From: a virus
IMG/VR virus record: IMGVR_UViG_3300029717_000016
Location: 1 to 47,742 of that record
DNA length: 47,742 nucleotides
Direction: 5' to 3' (one strand)
Of this stretch, positions 29,292 through 38,803 are shown in pieces; position 1 is the first letter of the stretch, and every line of letters begins with the position of its first letter. A program made the translations under genes and the position numbers. The notes beneath the pieces were generated by a model that had not been told where the DNA came from, made no database searches, and was given only the letters and a program-made list of their open reading frames with translations.

Positions 29292-30947
29292 ATGGATTAT
29301 GGGAAATTGTCAACCTCCATTCTGGGGGCTATCGAGAACAGACCGGGCGATATCGGGGCATATGAAGACCTGTTTTCCCTGTGCCAGGCATGGGCTGAGA
29401 CTGATTTCACGGCGGCGCATCGGGCGAATAAACAATTGAAGGATATGTGCGACCGAATGATGGATAAAGTTCCCATGTCTCAGGTGGAGGGATTCTACAG
29501 CCTTTGGCGGCGGGGGCTATTGTTTGAGGCTCCATATGACTTTGACAGCTATCTTACCTATATTGAATTGGACAGGAAGCTAGAAAAACGGTTTTATCAG
29601 CCGAGAAAGCACTACTTAAAACGATATGTGGACGCATACCAGAAGATTTTGGACGGGGAATTGGACTTTTTATCGATTTCCATGCCTAAGCGCGCTGGGA
29701 AATCCCAGTTGGGAATCAATTTCACAAATATGCTTTCCGGGAAATCCCCTGAGAAGGCGACACTTATGGAAGGAACCGGTGACGATTTGGTCAATTCTTT
29801 CTACAAGGGCTGTCTGGAATATCTTCAAACACCGAGCGAATACCTGTTCTACGACGTTTTCCCGGAAAGCAAGCTGGTTCAGACGAATGCAGATACGAAG
29901 ACGTTGAATCTCATGAACAAATCCAGATTTCCAACAATCATGTGTCGCTCCATTGACGCACGACAGGTCGGCTTATCCGAAGCTACAAACCTGTTATACC
30001 TTGATGACTGTGTCGAAGGGCGGGAAGAGGCAAAGAACCGGCAGCGTCTTGACGAGAAGTGGGAGGTAATTTCTGGTGACATTATCGGCCGTGCCATCGA
30101 AGGAACGCCCATTGTTATCTGCGGCACACGGTATTCCCTGTATGACCCAATTGGACGGTTACAAGAGGAAATGAAGAAACAGAACAAACGCTGTGAGATC
30201 ATTGAAACCCCTGCCCTTGACCTTGTCACGGACGAAAGCAATTTTGAGTATATCCGAGACGGGAAAAAAGTGTTCACAACACAGTATTTCCGAGATCAGC
30301 GGGATATGCTGTCCGCGGAACAATTTGAATCCGAGTTTCAGCAGCAGCCATTTGAAGCAAAGGGGCTTCTTTTCCCAGAAGGCAATTTGAACCGGTTTTT
30401 TGAACTCCCCGTTGACAAGGAGCCGGATACCATCATTGCCGCCTGTGATACAGCAGACAAGGGAGCAGACTACTGCGCCATGCCGATTGCGGCGGTCTAT
30501 GGGCAGGAAGTGTACATTATCGACGTTGTTTTTGATGATTCTACCCCAGAAGTCACAAAACCAGAAGTCGCAAAGGCTTTGATTAACAACAAGGTCGTAT
30601 CTGCCATGTTTGAAAGCAACAATGCTGGCAGTTACTTTGCAAGGGACGTGCAGGATATTCTCAAAAGCAGAGAATATATGTGTAGCATTCGGACAAAACG
30701 AACGATCAGTAACAAACAGACCCGAATTGAGTTCGCGTCAGACAATATCCTGAAACATTTCTATTTCAAGCATCCGTCCACATATGCAAGGAACAGCCAG
30801 TATGCAGAGTTCATGCGACAGGTCACAACATATACCCGTTCCGGGAAAGTGGCTCATGATGACGGGGCAGATTCGCTCAGCCTACTTGAAAACGAACTCC
30901 GGGGCTTGGTTGGAACGAAAGTTGAAGTGTTTGCGAGACCGTTCTAA
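29292..30947 (+). CDS. terL: Terminase large subunit
   Basis: 551 aa. Walker A-like SMPKRAGKS, Walker B-like LLYLDDC, CGTRYS, C-terminal nuclease region with conserved acidic residues. Confidence 0.88.
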   Translation: MDYGKLSTSILGAIENRPGDIGAYEDLFSLCQAWAETDFTAAHRANKQLKDMCDRMMDKVPMSQVEGFYSLWRRGLLFEAPYDFDSYLTYIELDRKLEKRFYQPRKHYLKRYVDAYQKILDGELDFLSISMPKRAGKSQLGINFTNMLSGKSPEKATLMEGTGDDLVNSFYKGCLEYLQTPSEYLFYDVFPESKLVQTNADTKTLNLMNKSRFPTIMCRSIDARQVGLSEATNLLYLDDCVEGREEAKNRQRLDEKWEVISGDIIGRAIEGTPIVICGTRYSLYDPIGRLQEEMKKQNKRCEIIETPALDLVTDESNFEYIRDGKKVFTTQYFRDQRDMLSAEQFESEFQQQPFEAKGLLFPEGNLNRFFELPVDKEPDTIIAACDTADKGADYCAMPIAAVYGQEVYIIDVVFDDSTPEVTKPEVAKALINNKVVSAMFESNNAGSYFARDVQDILKSREYMCSIRTKRTISNKQTRIEFASDNILKHFYFKHPSTYARNSQYAEFMRQVTTYTRSGKVAHDDGADSLSLLENELRGLVGTKVEVFARPF

Positions 30948-30955
30948 AATAATGC

Positions 30956-30984
30956 TTGACTTTTGCCATTGCATAATATATAAT
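30956..30984 (+). promoter_or_regulatory. Near-consensus promoter of the RHH/antirepressor cassette
   Basis: TTGACT-N17-TATAAT overlapping the inverted repeat ttgccat...atggcaa. Confidence 0.65.
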
Positions 30985-31012
30985 AATGCCATGGCAAAAG
31001 AGAGGTGATGAT

Positions 31013-31198
31013 ATGTCGCCACGAACCGGAAGGCCAGTCAAAGGTAATAGCAAGCGAGATAAAAGTTTACAGCTTAGAATGAGCAAAGAGGAACTTGAAA
31101 TTCTTGATTTTTGTGCAGAAAAACTTGAAATTTCAAGAACAGATGTGGTAAACAAAGGTATTTTGCTTGTAAAGAAAGAACTGGACAAAAAAGAATAA
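31013..31198 (+). CDS. Ribbon-helix-helix (CopG-like) protein
   Basis: 61 aa. MSPRTGRPVKG...LQLRMSKEELEILDFCAEKLEISRTDVVNKGI. Confidence 0.7.
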   Translation: MSPRTGRPVKGNSKRDKSLQLRMSKEELEILDFCAEKLEISRTDVVNKGILLVKKELDKKE

Positions 31199-31310
31199 CC
31201 GCAACCTGCCGCCGTAGGAAGTGAACAGGTTACGGTTATCAAAACACCAGCCCGAAGGATGGTAAATCCATTCTATCATTCCTCTGGGCTGAAATCAAGG
31301 AGGAAAATTT

Positions 31311-32090
31311 ATGAATAACGAAATCAAGGTATTCAGCAACGAGGAATTTGGTTCTATTCGCAGAGTTGAAGTCGATGGCGAATTTTGGCTTGTCGGCAAG
31401 GATGTGGCGGCGGTGCTGGGGTACAGCAATCCCCGGAAAGCCCTCGCTGACCATGTTGATGAAGAAGACAAGGGAGTAACGAAATGTGACACCCTTGGTG
31501 GAACGCAGGATATGACCGTCATCAACGAAAGTGGCCTTTATTCCCTTGTGCTTTCCAGCAAGCTCCCCTCTGCCAAGAAGTTCCGCCGGTGGGTCACTTC
31601 CGAAGTGCTGCCTTCCATCCGCAAGCACGGAGCCTACATGACCCCGGAAACGCTGGAAGCGGCGATTCTGAACCCGGATTACCTGCTGAAAGTGGCAACC
31701 GCTCTGAAAGAGGAAACGGACAAGCGGAAAGCCCTGGAATCCAAAGTCCAGGCCGATGCACCCAAAGTTCTGTTCGCTGACAGCGTGGCCGCTTCCAGTA
31801 GCACGGTTCTTGTGGGTGAGTTAGCAAAGATCATGCGGCAGAATGGTGTGGACATGGGCGAAAGACGGCTGTTCCGGTGGATGCGGGACAATGGGTACTT
31901 AATCAAGCGCAACGGCACGGATTACAACATGCCTACGCAGGCCAGCATGGAGCAGGGGCTCTTCCGTATCAAGGAAACGGTCATCAATCACAGTGACGGA
32001 CATACCTCTGTGAGCAAGACACCGAAAGTTACCGGCAAAGGACAGACGTTCTTCCTGAATAAGTTTCTGGGGGAGGGCAAGACCGTATGA
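31311..32090 (+). CDS. Antirepressor (Bro-N plus KilAC/ANT domains)
   Basis: 259 aa. FGSIRRVEVDGEFWLVGKDVAAVLGY...NESGLYSLVLSSKLPSAKKFRRWVTSEVLPSIRKHGAY. C-terminal LVGELAKIMRQNGVDMGERRLFRWMRDNGYL. Confidence 0.88.
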   Translation: MNNEIKVFSNEEFGSIRRVEVDGEFWLVGKDVAAVLGYSNPRKALADHVDEEDKGVTKCDTLGGTQDMTVINESGLYSLVLSSKLPSAKKFRRWVTSEVLPSIRKHGAYMTPETLEAAILNPDYLLKVATALKEETDKRKALESKVQADAPKVLFADSVAASSSTVLVGELAKIMRQNGVDMGERRLFRWMRDNGYLIKRNGTDYNMPTQASMEQGLFRIKETVINHSDGHTSVSKTPKVTGKGQTFFLNKFLGEGKTV

Positions 32091-32296
32091 CAACCGCAAA
32101 AATGAACGAAATCTGGATGAATGCTCACATGGCTCTTGCAACAACGGAAATGCTGTTGGATATGCTTGACATGGAGGCTGACCCCGAAACCGGGGAACTT
32201 GCCCTTGGTAAGGCGCGGGTTGGGATGTACTGCGACGTTCTGGCTGCTGTTTGCAGCCAGATTAAAGGGATCGCAGACACGATTAGCGGCAAATAA
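32087..32296 (+). CDS. Hypothetical protein
   Basis: 69 aa with ATGA overlap. Confidence 0.5.
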   Translation: MTTAKMNEIWMNAHMALATTEMLLDMLDMEADPETGELALGKARVGMYCDVLAAVCSQIKGIADTISGK

Positions 32297-32315
32297 CAAG
32301 TAAATATTGGATGTG

Positions 32316-32361
32316 AGCGCGTTGGGTGTAGGTAACTTCACCCGATGCGCTTTGTGTTTTT
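32316..32361 (+). terminator. Terminator of the antirepressor cassette
   Basis: agcgcgttgggtg ... cacccgatgcgct followed by a T-run. Confidence 0.6.
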
Positions 32362-32392
32362 ATTCTCCGATGGTTTACGAACGAGAATTAAG

Positions 32393-32421
32393 TAGACAAC
32401 CATCCGCCACTGTAGTATAAT
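32393..32421 (+). promoter_or_regulatory. Candidate promoter upstream of portal
   Basis: TAGACA-N17-TATAAT. Confidence 0.5.
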
Positions 32422-32454
32422 GGTAAATGAGAAAATAGATTTCCGGAAAAGGGG

Positions 32455-33909
32455 GTGCGTAATACGGAGAGCAGGCGGTTATTCGGGCGTCGGGTAATTT
32501 ACACCGAGGTTACGGATATAAACGAGGGGAATATCATCGACGTGCTACAAAAGGCACTGTTTACGCACCTGCAAAATCAGGCAGAGATTGATTACCTGTA
32601 CCGGTATTACAAGGGAGAACAGCCAATTCTGAGCCGTGTGAAGGAAGTCCGCCCGGAAATCAACAACATGGTTGTGGAGAACCGAGCAAATGAGATCGTA
32701 TCTTTCAAATCGGCCTATCAAGTCGGCGAACCAATCCAGTACGTAAGCCGTGGTGGGGACGAAGACATTTCCTCCGAAGTGCTGAAACTGAATGACTATA
32801 TGCTGTCCGAAGACAAGCCGGAAAAGGATAAGGAACTTGCCGATTGGCTCTTCACTTGCGGTACCTCTTATCGAATGACTTTGCCGGACGTTTTGGCGGA
32901 TGCCGAGGAAGACGAGGCTCCTTTTGAGATATTCACCCTTGACCCAAGATACGCATTCGTGGTGTACTCTGTGGGCCTTGGCCATAAACCCATGATGGGT
33001 GTACGGTATGTTCTAAAAGAGGACGGAACGCTCGTTTTCTCCTGCTGGACAGAAACCAGGTATTTCGAGGTCTGGAACACGTGGGCTGTTATTCGCGCAG
33101 AAGATCAGATTTTGGGAATCCCGATTGTGGAGTACCCGGCGAACATGGCTCGTTTAGGGGCATTTGAAATCGTGATTCCGTTGCTTGACGCAATCAACAT
33201 GACGGAGAGCAACCGAATTGACGGCGTAGAGCAGTTCGTTCAAGCACTGATGCTGTTCCATAATGTTGACATCAGCAGTGAGGACTACAAGAAACTGCGG
33301 GACGAGGGCGCAATCAAGTTCAGGGATATTGACGCCACACTGAAAGCGGAGATTCAATACCTGACCTCCGAAATGAACCAGACCCAGACGCAGACCCTTG
33401 TGGACAGCATGTATGAAACGGTGCTGACAATTTGCGGAATGCCAAACCGGAACGGAGGGACTTCTACCTCTGACACCGGATCAGCGGTCATCATGCGGGA
33501 CGGCTGGTCGGCAGCGGAAGCCAGAGCCAAGGACACGGAGCTGGTTTTCAAGAAGTCCGAAAAGGAATTTTTGAAGCTGGTGCTGCGTATCTGCCGGGAC
33601 ATGGGGCATCTGAGCCTGAAACTCTCGGCACTGGAAATCCGGTTCACGCGGCGGAATTATGAGAATATCGCGCAGAAATCAACGGTTCTAACCCAGATGC
33701 TTGCTTGCGAGAAAATCGCCCCTGAACTGGCATTTACACATTGCGGGTTATTTTCCGACCCGCAGTTGGCCTACCGAATGAGCATGGATTACATGGCGGA
33801 ACAGGAGAAAAAAGCGGCGAAGCTTGCCGCGCAGAACGGAGGGAACGGCGATGGAAGCGGAAACCAGACCGGCGGTCAGAGTGACGGCGAAGGAAATTCG
33901 GGCGATTGA
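32455..33909 (+). CDS. Portal protein (SPP1 gp6-like)
   Basis: 484 aa with GTG start. Position after terL. YLYRYYKGEQPILSR...NNMVVENRANEIVSF pattern. Gly-rich C-terminal tail. Confidence 0.85.
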   Translation: MRNTESRRLFGRRVIYTEVTDINEGNIIDVLQKALFTHLQNQAEIDYLYRYYKGEQPILSRVKEVRPEINNMVVENRANEIVSFKSAYQVGEPIQYVSRGGDEDISSEVLKLNDYMLSEDKPEKDKELADWLFTCGTSYRMTLPDVLADAEEDEAPFEIFTLDPRYAFVVYSVGLGHKPMMGVRYVLKEDGTLVFSCWTETRYFEVWNTWAVIRAEDQILGIPIVEYPANMARLGAFEIVIPLLDAINMTESNRIDGVEQFVQALMLFHNVDISSEDYKKLRDEGAIKFRDIDATLKAEIQYLTSEMNQTQTQTLVDSMYETVLTICGMPNRNGGTSTSDTGSAVIMRDGWSAAEARAKDTELVFKKSEKEFLKLVLRICRDMGHLSLKLSALEIRFTRRNYENIAQKSTVLTQMLACEKIAPELAFTHCGLFSDPQLAYRMSMDYMAEQEKKAAKLAAQNGGNGDGSGNQTGGQSDGEGNSGD

Positions 33910-34000
33910 GGAAATCATCCGCCGCCGGAATCAGGCGGAAATCAAAGTCGAACAAGGCCAGATCGTGGTCATTGAGATTCGGCGCAAGAAGGTTAACTGA
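33851..34000 (+). CDS. Hypothetical 49-aa protein overlapping the portal 3' end
   Basis: The start could be ATG 33851 or GTG 33881. KEIRAIEEIIRRRNQAEIKVEQGQIVVIEIRRKKVN. Confidence 0.4.
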   Translation: MEAETRPAVRVTAKEIRAIEEIIRRRNQAEIKVEQGQIVVIEIRRKKVN

Positions 34001-34087
34001 CTGTTTGGCAAAGAGCGCCGCACCTTTCGCGGAAGAGCCACACCAAATGGTATAATTTGTGACTGCTCTAGGGAGCAGCGAACAGCC

Positions 34088-34133
34088 GAAGGGCTTCTGA
34101 TACCAGAAATGGTATTGGAAGCCCTTCTTTTTT
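34088..34133 (+). terminator. Long hairpin terminator
   Basis: 17-bp stem gaagggcttctgatacc / ggtattggaagcccttc plus TTTTTT. Confidence 0.75.
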
Positions 34134-34137
34134 ACAC

Positions 34138-34211
34138 TGCGGCATAGCCAAAAGGTAAGGCACATGGTTTTGACCCATGTAATGGAAGTTCGATTCTTTC
34201 TGCCGCAACCA
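34138..34211 (+). tRNA. tRNA-Gln (anticodon UUG)
   Basis: Manual cloverleaf: TGCGGCA ta GCC aaaaggtaa GGC a CATGG ttTTGac CCATG taat GGAAG ttcgatt CTTTC TGCCGCA a CCA. U1-A72 and the D-arm match bacterial tRNA-Gln. Confidence 0.85.
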
Positions 34212-34555
34212 GCGGGGGGCTGGACAATTCAAGCACGCCGATAACTGCTGTATGCGCAAGGCAGCCAAAGCGAAGGAGAAGGAACAGCATTGTGTGATAA
34301 GTGTACATAAGCGCACGATAGCTCAAAGTAGCTTGCCCCGTCCCACAAAAACATTTCCTCGGCCACAAGCCGAGTACATGAAGAATAGAAGACGAAAATT
34401 TGGCGCGGCAGACAGCGAGTGGGGTTCACCTCTCCCCCCACAGAAGGACGTTCAAATCGGCCTCGCGCCATATATATCGCCGATGGCCTCCCTATCGGCG
34501 ATGAAACCCGGAAACGGGCAAAGCGGTTCCCCGGCACCGTAAGCAGGGGATATGT

Positions 34556-34631
34556 GGGTTGTTAGCTCAGTTGGTAGAGCAGCGGACTGTTAATCCGCAG
34601 GTCACAGGATCGAAGCCTGTACAGCCCTCCA
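34556..34631 (+). tRNA. tRNA-Asn (anticodon GUU)
   Basis: GGGTTGT ta GCTC agttggta GAGC a GCGGA ctGTTaa TCCGC aggtc ACAGG atcgaag CCTGT ACAGCCC t CCA. Confidence 0.85.
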
Positions 34632-34739
34632 TAACAGCAGCAGGGAAGCTGCTCTATCAAAAACGCAGACGGGAGACAACCCGAAAAAACAGAGATCACG
34701 GCGGAGGGAACCGCCTCACCAAACGCAGGAGGAATAATT

Positions 34740-35300
34740 ATGGCAAAAATCGACACAAATCTCATTGAAGGTTATGCGGACATGACCCCGGAACAGAAGC
34801 TTGCCGCTTTGGAGGGCTTTGAGTACGAGGACAACGCCGTAGAGCTGGAAAGGCAGAAAAACGCGCTGTCCAAGGCCAATTCCGAGGCTGCGGAATGGAA
34901 GCGTAAGCACAATGCGCTTCTGACTGACGAGCAGAGGAAGCAACAGGAGCAGGCCGAAAAGTGGGAGAACATGGAAAAGGAACTGGCCGGTCTGCGGAAG
35001 GAAAAAACCGTTGCCGGTTACAAAGCAAAGCTGGTTGCGCAGGGCTATGATGAAGCCCTTGCGGACGCTACTGCGGCGGCCATGGAATCCGGAGATATGG
35101 CTACGGTTTTTGCCAACAACCAGACGTTTTTGGAAAAATACGCCCAAAAAGTCATTGCGGACAAGCTGAAAAGAACGCCCAGAGGCGCGGATGGAAACCC
35201 CGGCGGCGCAATGACCAAGGCGGATTTCCTGAAACTCGACACCAAATCCCAGATGGAGTTTATCAAGAACAATCCTGACTGGAAAACAATTTTGAAATGA
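34740..35300 (+). CDS. Scaffolding protein (GP20-like)
   Basis: 186 aa, highly charged coiled coil, directly upstream of the capsid gene. Confidence 0.75.
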   Translation: MAKIDTNLIEGYADMTPEQKLAALEGFEYEDNAVELERQKNALSKANSEAAEWKRKHNALLTDEQRKQQEQAEKWENMEKELAGLRKEKTVAGYKAKLVAQGYDEALADATAAAMESGDMATVFANNQTFLEKYAQKVIADKLKRTPRGADGNPGGAMTKADFLKLDTKSQMEFIKNNPDWKTILK

Positions 35301-35318
35301 TTATGGAGGTAAAACATT

Positions 35319-36356
35319 ATGGCTACTTATCTTGGCTTTCCGTTTGACCCCGAGCTGTTTAACTACAACTGGGCAAATGCGAAAGACCCCACCCTGACCG
35401 CGATGTTTGAGAGCGGCGCTGTCGCCCCGAACGCAGAGCTGGCGAGTTTGATTTCCAACGGCTCCGATTTCTACACCCTGCCGTTCTACAAAGTTATTGG
35501 CGGCACTCCTGAGAACTACGATGGCGCGACTGACATCACCCTGACCGACCCCGAAGGCAGCGCTCAGAATGGTATCGTGTTTGGCCGCGCCCACGGCTGG
35601 AAGGAGAAGGACTTCATCGTTGATTACAACAGCGGTGCCGACCCCATGCAGCAGATCGTGTCTCAGGTGTCCAAGTATTGGCAGAAGCAGCGCCAGTCCA
35701 TCATGCTGAAAATCCTGAATGCGGTGTTCGGTGTGACCGGCAGCGGTGAGTTTGCCGGTTGGGCGAACCACATCACTGACCTGTCTTCCGCATCCACCAC
35801 TGTTGCGGATGCAAACAAGATGGGTGCGACCACCATTGGCGATGCGATTCAGAAGGCCGTGGGCGACAATCAGGACGCTTTCCGGCTGGTGTTCATGCAC
35901 AGTAAGGTCGCCACCAATATGGCTGGCCTGAAGCTGCTGGACTTCCTGAAATACACCGACGCCAACGGCGTTGAGCGCCCCCTCCGCATTGGCACCGTGA
36001 ATGGCATGACTGTTGTCGTAGATGACAGCTGCCCCGCCACCGCCGCTACCAGCGGAGAAAGTGCGAAAGCGGCCACCTACACCACCTACGTCCTCGGCCT
36101 TGGCGCAATTCAGTACGCCCCCGCTCCCGTGAAGGTTCCTTCCGAACTGACCCGTGACGCGCTCAAGGGCGGCGGCTATGACGCGCTGGTCACCCGTATC
36201 CGTGAAACCATGCACCCCAACGGTTTCAGCTTTACCAAGCCCACTTCCGGCTACACCGCTTCTCCCACGGATGCACAGCTTGCGGCATCTGCCAACTGGT
36301 CTATCGTGGCCGACCCGAAGACCATTGCTCTGGCAAAGATCATCACCAACGGCTAA
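35319..36356 (+). CDS. Major capsid protein
   Basis: 345 aa with strong RBS. Position after the scaffold protein. Confidence 0.85.
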   Translation: MATYLGFPFDPELFNYNWANAKDPTLTAMFESGAVAPNAELASLISNGSDFYTLPFYKVIGGTPENYDGATDITLTDPEGSAQNGIVFGRAHGWKEKDFIVDYNSGADPMQQIVSQVSKYWQKQRQSIMLKILNAVFGVTGSGEFAGWANHITDLSSASTTVADANKMGATTIGDAIQKAVGDNQDAFRLVFMHSKVATNMAGLKLLDFLKYTDANGVERPLRIGTVNGMTVVVDDSCPATAATSGESAKAATYTTYVLGLGAIQYAPAPVKVPSELTRDALKGGGYDALVTRIRETMHPNGFSFTKPTSGYTASPTDAQLAASANWSIVADPKTIALAKIITNG

Positions 36357-36367
36357 GGAGGTTCACC

Positions 36368-36631
36368 ATGTTCTATGTTTCTGACGGGAAAGTGTATGTG
36401 CGCGAGGGAGATCACTTTCGCAACGTGGGCTTTACCGCAAAGGACAAGGTGATTACCCGGCGCGAACTGGAGAGCACTTCTGTGGTGATGGGAACGGTAG
36501 TCGTTGATACACTCAACGACCCCGTACCGCTCACCCGCGAGGAAGTTATCACCAAGTTTGGTTTATCGGAGAATAATCCTATTCCCGTTATCAAGAAACC
36601 ACGCAAGAAGGCGGGAGAACCCGTAGAATGA
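36368..36631 (+). CDS. Hypothetical head-module protein
   Basis: 87 aa with AAGGAGG RBS. Confidence 0.6.
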   Translation: MFYVSDGKVYVREGDHFRNVGFTAKDKVITRRELESTSVVMGTVVVDTLNDPVPLTREEVITKFGLSENNPIPVIKKPRKKAGEPVE

Positions 36632-36647
36632 AAGGAGGTAAGAAACC

Positions 36648-36959
36648 GTGCAGGAAGCCGAGAAAAACGCATTGGTAAAAGCCATGGCGAATGAAACCGA
36701 CGAAAGCACGGTTTCTGCCTACCTTGGCATTGCGGCAAGTAAGATTTGCCGCAGGGCATACCCGTTTGACCCTTCCATTATGGAGGTTCCGGAGCAGTAC
36801 AGCTATCTACAGGTGGAGATTGCTACGTATCTTCTGAACAAGCGGGGCGGCGAGGGGGAGCTGTCTCACAGCGAGAACGGCATTTCCCGTTCCTACGAGA
36901 ACGGGGACGTTCCGGAATCCATGATGCGACAGATCGTTCCCATGGCCGGGGTTCTGTGA
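36648..36959 (+). CDS. Head-tail connector (gp6-like)
   Basis: GTG start, 103 aa. Call rests on position and size. Confidence 0.55.
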   Translation: MQEAEKNALVKAMANETDESTVSAYLGIAASKICRRAYPFDPSIMEVPEQYSYLQVEIATYLLNKRGGEGELSHSENGISRSYENGDVPESMMRQIVPMAGVL

Positions 36960-36968
36960 GGTGACAGT

Positions 36969-37343
36969 ATGAGAATCATGGAGCGAAACAAGCAAAGCTT
37001 CTGGTATCTGCTGTATGACCGGAAAGCGCCTGTCACCGACGAAGACGGCAACGAAACCGGTGAGGAAACTGTTGCGTACAAACCTGCCGTTTCCTTCCGC
37101 GCCAACGTATCCGCTGCGACCGGGGCTTCTCAGGTTGAGCAGTTCGGCAATCTTGCCGGGTATGACAAAGTCATCGTTACGGATGACATGACCTGTCCCG
37201 TTGACGAGAATACCGTGCTGTTTCTGGACAAGGAGCCTGTGTATGACGAGGACGGGAAGCCCCTGTATGACTACATGGTCAGACGGGTGGCAAAGTCTCT
37301 GAACTCAGTGTCCATCGCCGTTACGAAGGTGAGCGTGTCGTGA
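36969..37343 (+). CDS. Head closure / head-tail adaptor protein
   Basis: 124 aa. Call rests on position in the connector module. Confidence 0.5.
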   Translation: MRIMERNKQSFWYLLYDRKAPVTDEDGNETGEETVAYKPAVSFRANVSAATGASQVEQFGNLAGYDKVIVTDDMTCPVDENTVLFLDKEPVYDEDGKPLYDYMVRRVAKSLNSVSIAVTKVSVS

Positions 37344-37837
37344 GCTACAAGAAAATTGTGGTTCCGCTGTCGGTTTCCGGCATTCAGAAGATTCAGGATG
37401 AATTGAAGGAATACAAACGCTGGCAGAAGGACAAGGCAAAGGAACTGGCCGAAAGGCTGGCAATGCTGGGTGCTTCTGTGGCTTCCATCCGGTTCTCACG
37501 GGCTGTTTACACCGGGATGAGGGATGCAACCGTGTCCGTCGTGGCAATCCCGAATGGTTACGCCGTAAAGGCCGATGGGGAATCCGTTCTTTTCATTGAA
37601 TTTGGAGCCGGTATCACCTACGGAACCGGGCACCCGGAAGCGTCGGAGTTTGGCATGGGGGCTGGCACCTACCCGGACGGGAAAGGTCATTGGGACGACC
37701 CCAAAGGCTGGTATCTGCCCAAAGACAAGGGCGGCGGCCACACATACGGAAATCCTCCTGCAATGCCCATGTATGAGGCGAGAAAAGCGATTGAGCAGGA
37801 GCTTCCGAGAATCGTTATGGAGGTGTTCAGGGCTTGA
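37340..37837 (+). CDS. HK97 gp10-like neck protein
   Basis: 165 aa with a GTGA start-stop overlap (GTG start). VLFIEFGAGITYG. Confidence 0.5.
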   Translation: MSYKKIVVPLSVSGIQKIQDELKEYKRWQKDKAKELAERLAMLGASVASIRFSRAVYTGMRDATVSVVAIPNGYAVKADGESVLFIEFGAGITYGTGHPEASEFGMGAGTYPDGKGHWDDPKGWYLPKDKGGGHTYGNPPAMPMYEARKAIEQELPRIVMEVFRA

Positions 37838-38235
37838 CTGATATTGAAAAGCTGATCTATACCCCCATTGCCGAGGCTCTGCGAAAGCGCTTCAAGGGCA
37901 TTGCGGTATCCGGCGAATATGTGAACGCTCCTCCAAAATTCCCCTATGTAAGCATCGTAGAGCAGGACAATTATATGTCCGCGAACAGGCTGGACAGCAG
38001 CGACCGGGAAAAGTTCTCAACGCTGATGTACGAAGTCAATGTGTACTCCGACAAGGCAGGAAGCAAGAAAAGCGTATGCCGGGAGATTATGGGCGTTATA
38101 GACGAAATGCTCTACAAACGGAATTTCACGCGAATTTCGTTGTCCCCTGTTCCGAATATGGAAAACGGGACGATTTACCGTCTGGTAGCCCGGTATCGGG
38201 CGGAGACGGACGGCGGAACAATTTACCGCAGGTAA
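37834..38235 (+). CDS. Tail completion/terminator-like protein
   Basis: 133 aa. TTG start overlapping the previous stop (cTTGA). Position before the major tail gene. Confidence 0.5.
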   Translation: MTDIEKLIYTPIAEALRKRFKGIAVSGEYVNAPPKFPYVSIVEQDNYMSANRLDSSDREKFSTLMYEVNVYSDKAGSKKSVCREIMGVIDEMLYKRNFTRISLSPVPNMENGTIYRLVARYRAETDGGTIYRR

Positions 38236-38275
38236 ATATGCTTTACCTTTCCGCAAGGGCGGAAAGAGAGCCGAA

Positions 38276-38305
38276 GGGCTGCTTCACAGGAGGCAGCCCG
38301 TTTTT
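38276..38305 (+). terminator. Hairpin terminator/attenuator before the major tail gene
   Basis: gggctgc ... gcagccc g ttttt, preceded by a second hairpin ctttccgc aagg gcggaaag. Confidence 0.6.
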
Positions 38306-38329
38306 ATTACAACGAAAGGATGATTAAAC

Positions 38330-38764
38330 ATGGCCATAAGCACGTATAAAGTTTTCCTGATGAAAAAGGGAACCACCGGCAACACCTACGAAAAGCTCAT
38401 TGACATCAAGGAATTCCCTGATCTGGGCGGCGATCCGGAGATGCTGGAAACCACTACCCTGTCTGACAAGATGCAGACCTACATCGCCGGTATCCAGTCT
38501 CTGGATGCGCTGGCGTTCACCGCGAACTACACTCTGACTGACTACAAAGCGCTGCAAGCGCTGGCTGGAAAGACCGAGAGCTACGCCGTATGGTTCGGTG
38601 GTGACGAGGCTGGCGGTTCCCTGACCCCCACCGGCAGCGACGGCAAGTTCAAGTTTGACGGTCAGCTGACCGCCTACGCCACCGGCGGCGGCGTCAACGA
38701 GGTTGTAGACCTGAACATTTCCATTGCCCCGTCCACGCCCATTGAGCTGGACGACGCGACCTGA
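38330..38764 (+). CDS. Major tail protein
   Basis: 144 aa. Position before the chaperones and tape measure gene. Confidence 0.8.
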   Translation: MAISTYKVFLMKKGTTGNTYEKLIDIKEFPDLGGDPEMLETTTLSDKMQTYIAGIQSLDALAFTANYTLTDYKALQALAGKTESYAVWFGGDEAGGSLTPTGSDGKFKFDGQLTAYATGGGVNEVVDLNISIAPSTPIELDDAT

Positions 38765-38803
38765 GCCAAAACACAGACCACACATTTTTAAGGAGGATTA
38801 GCG

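Noticed and set aside
34402-34470. Possible third tRNA
   Set aside because: The acceptor and T-arm-like pairings exist. However, there is no D-arm, the central hairpin has an 11-nt loop, the T-stem has a mismatch and the length is only 69 nt. It is not callable as a functional tRNA and is kept as part of the spacer finding.
35301-36215. 304-aa minus-strand ORF
   Set aside because: It is antisense to the major capsid gene. The Gly/Ala/Val-rich translation is typical of the complementary strand of a GC-rich codon-biased gene.
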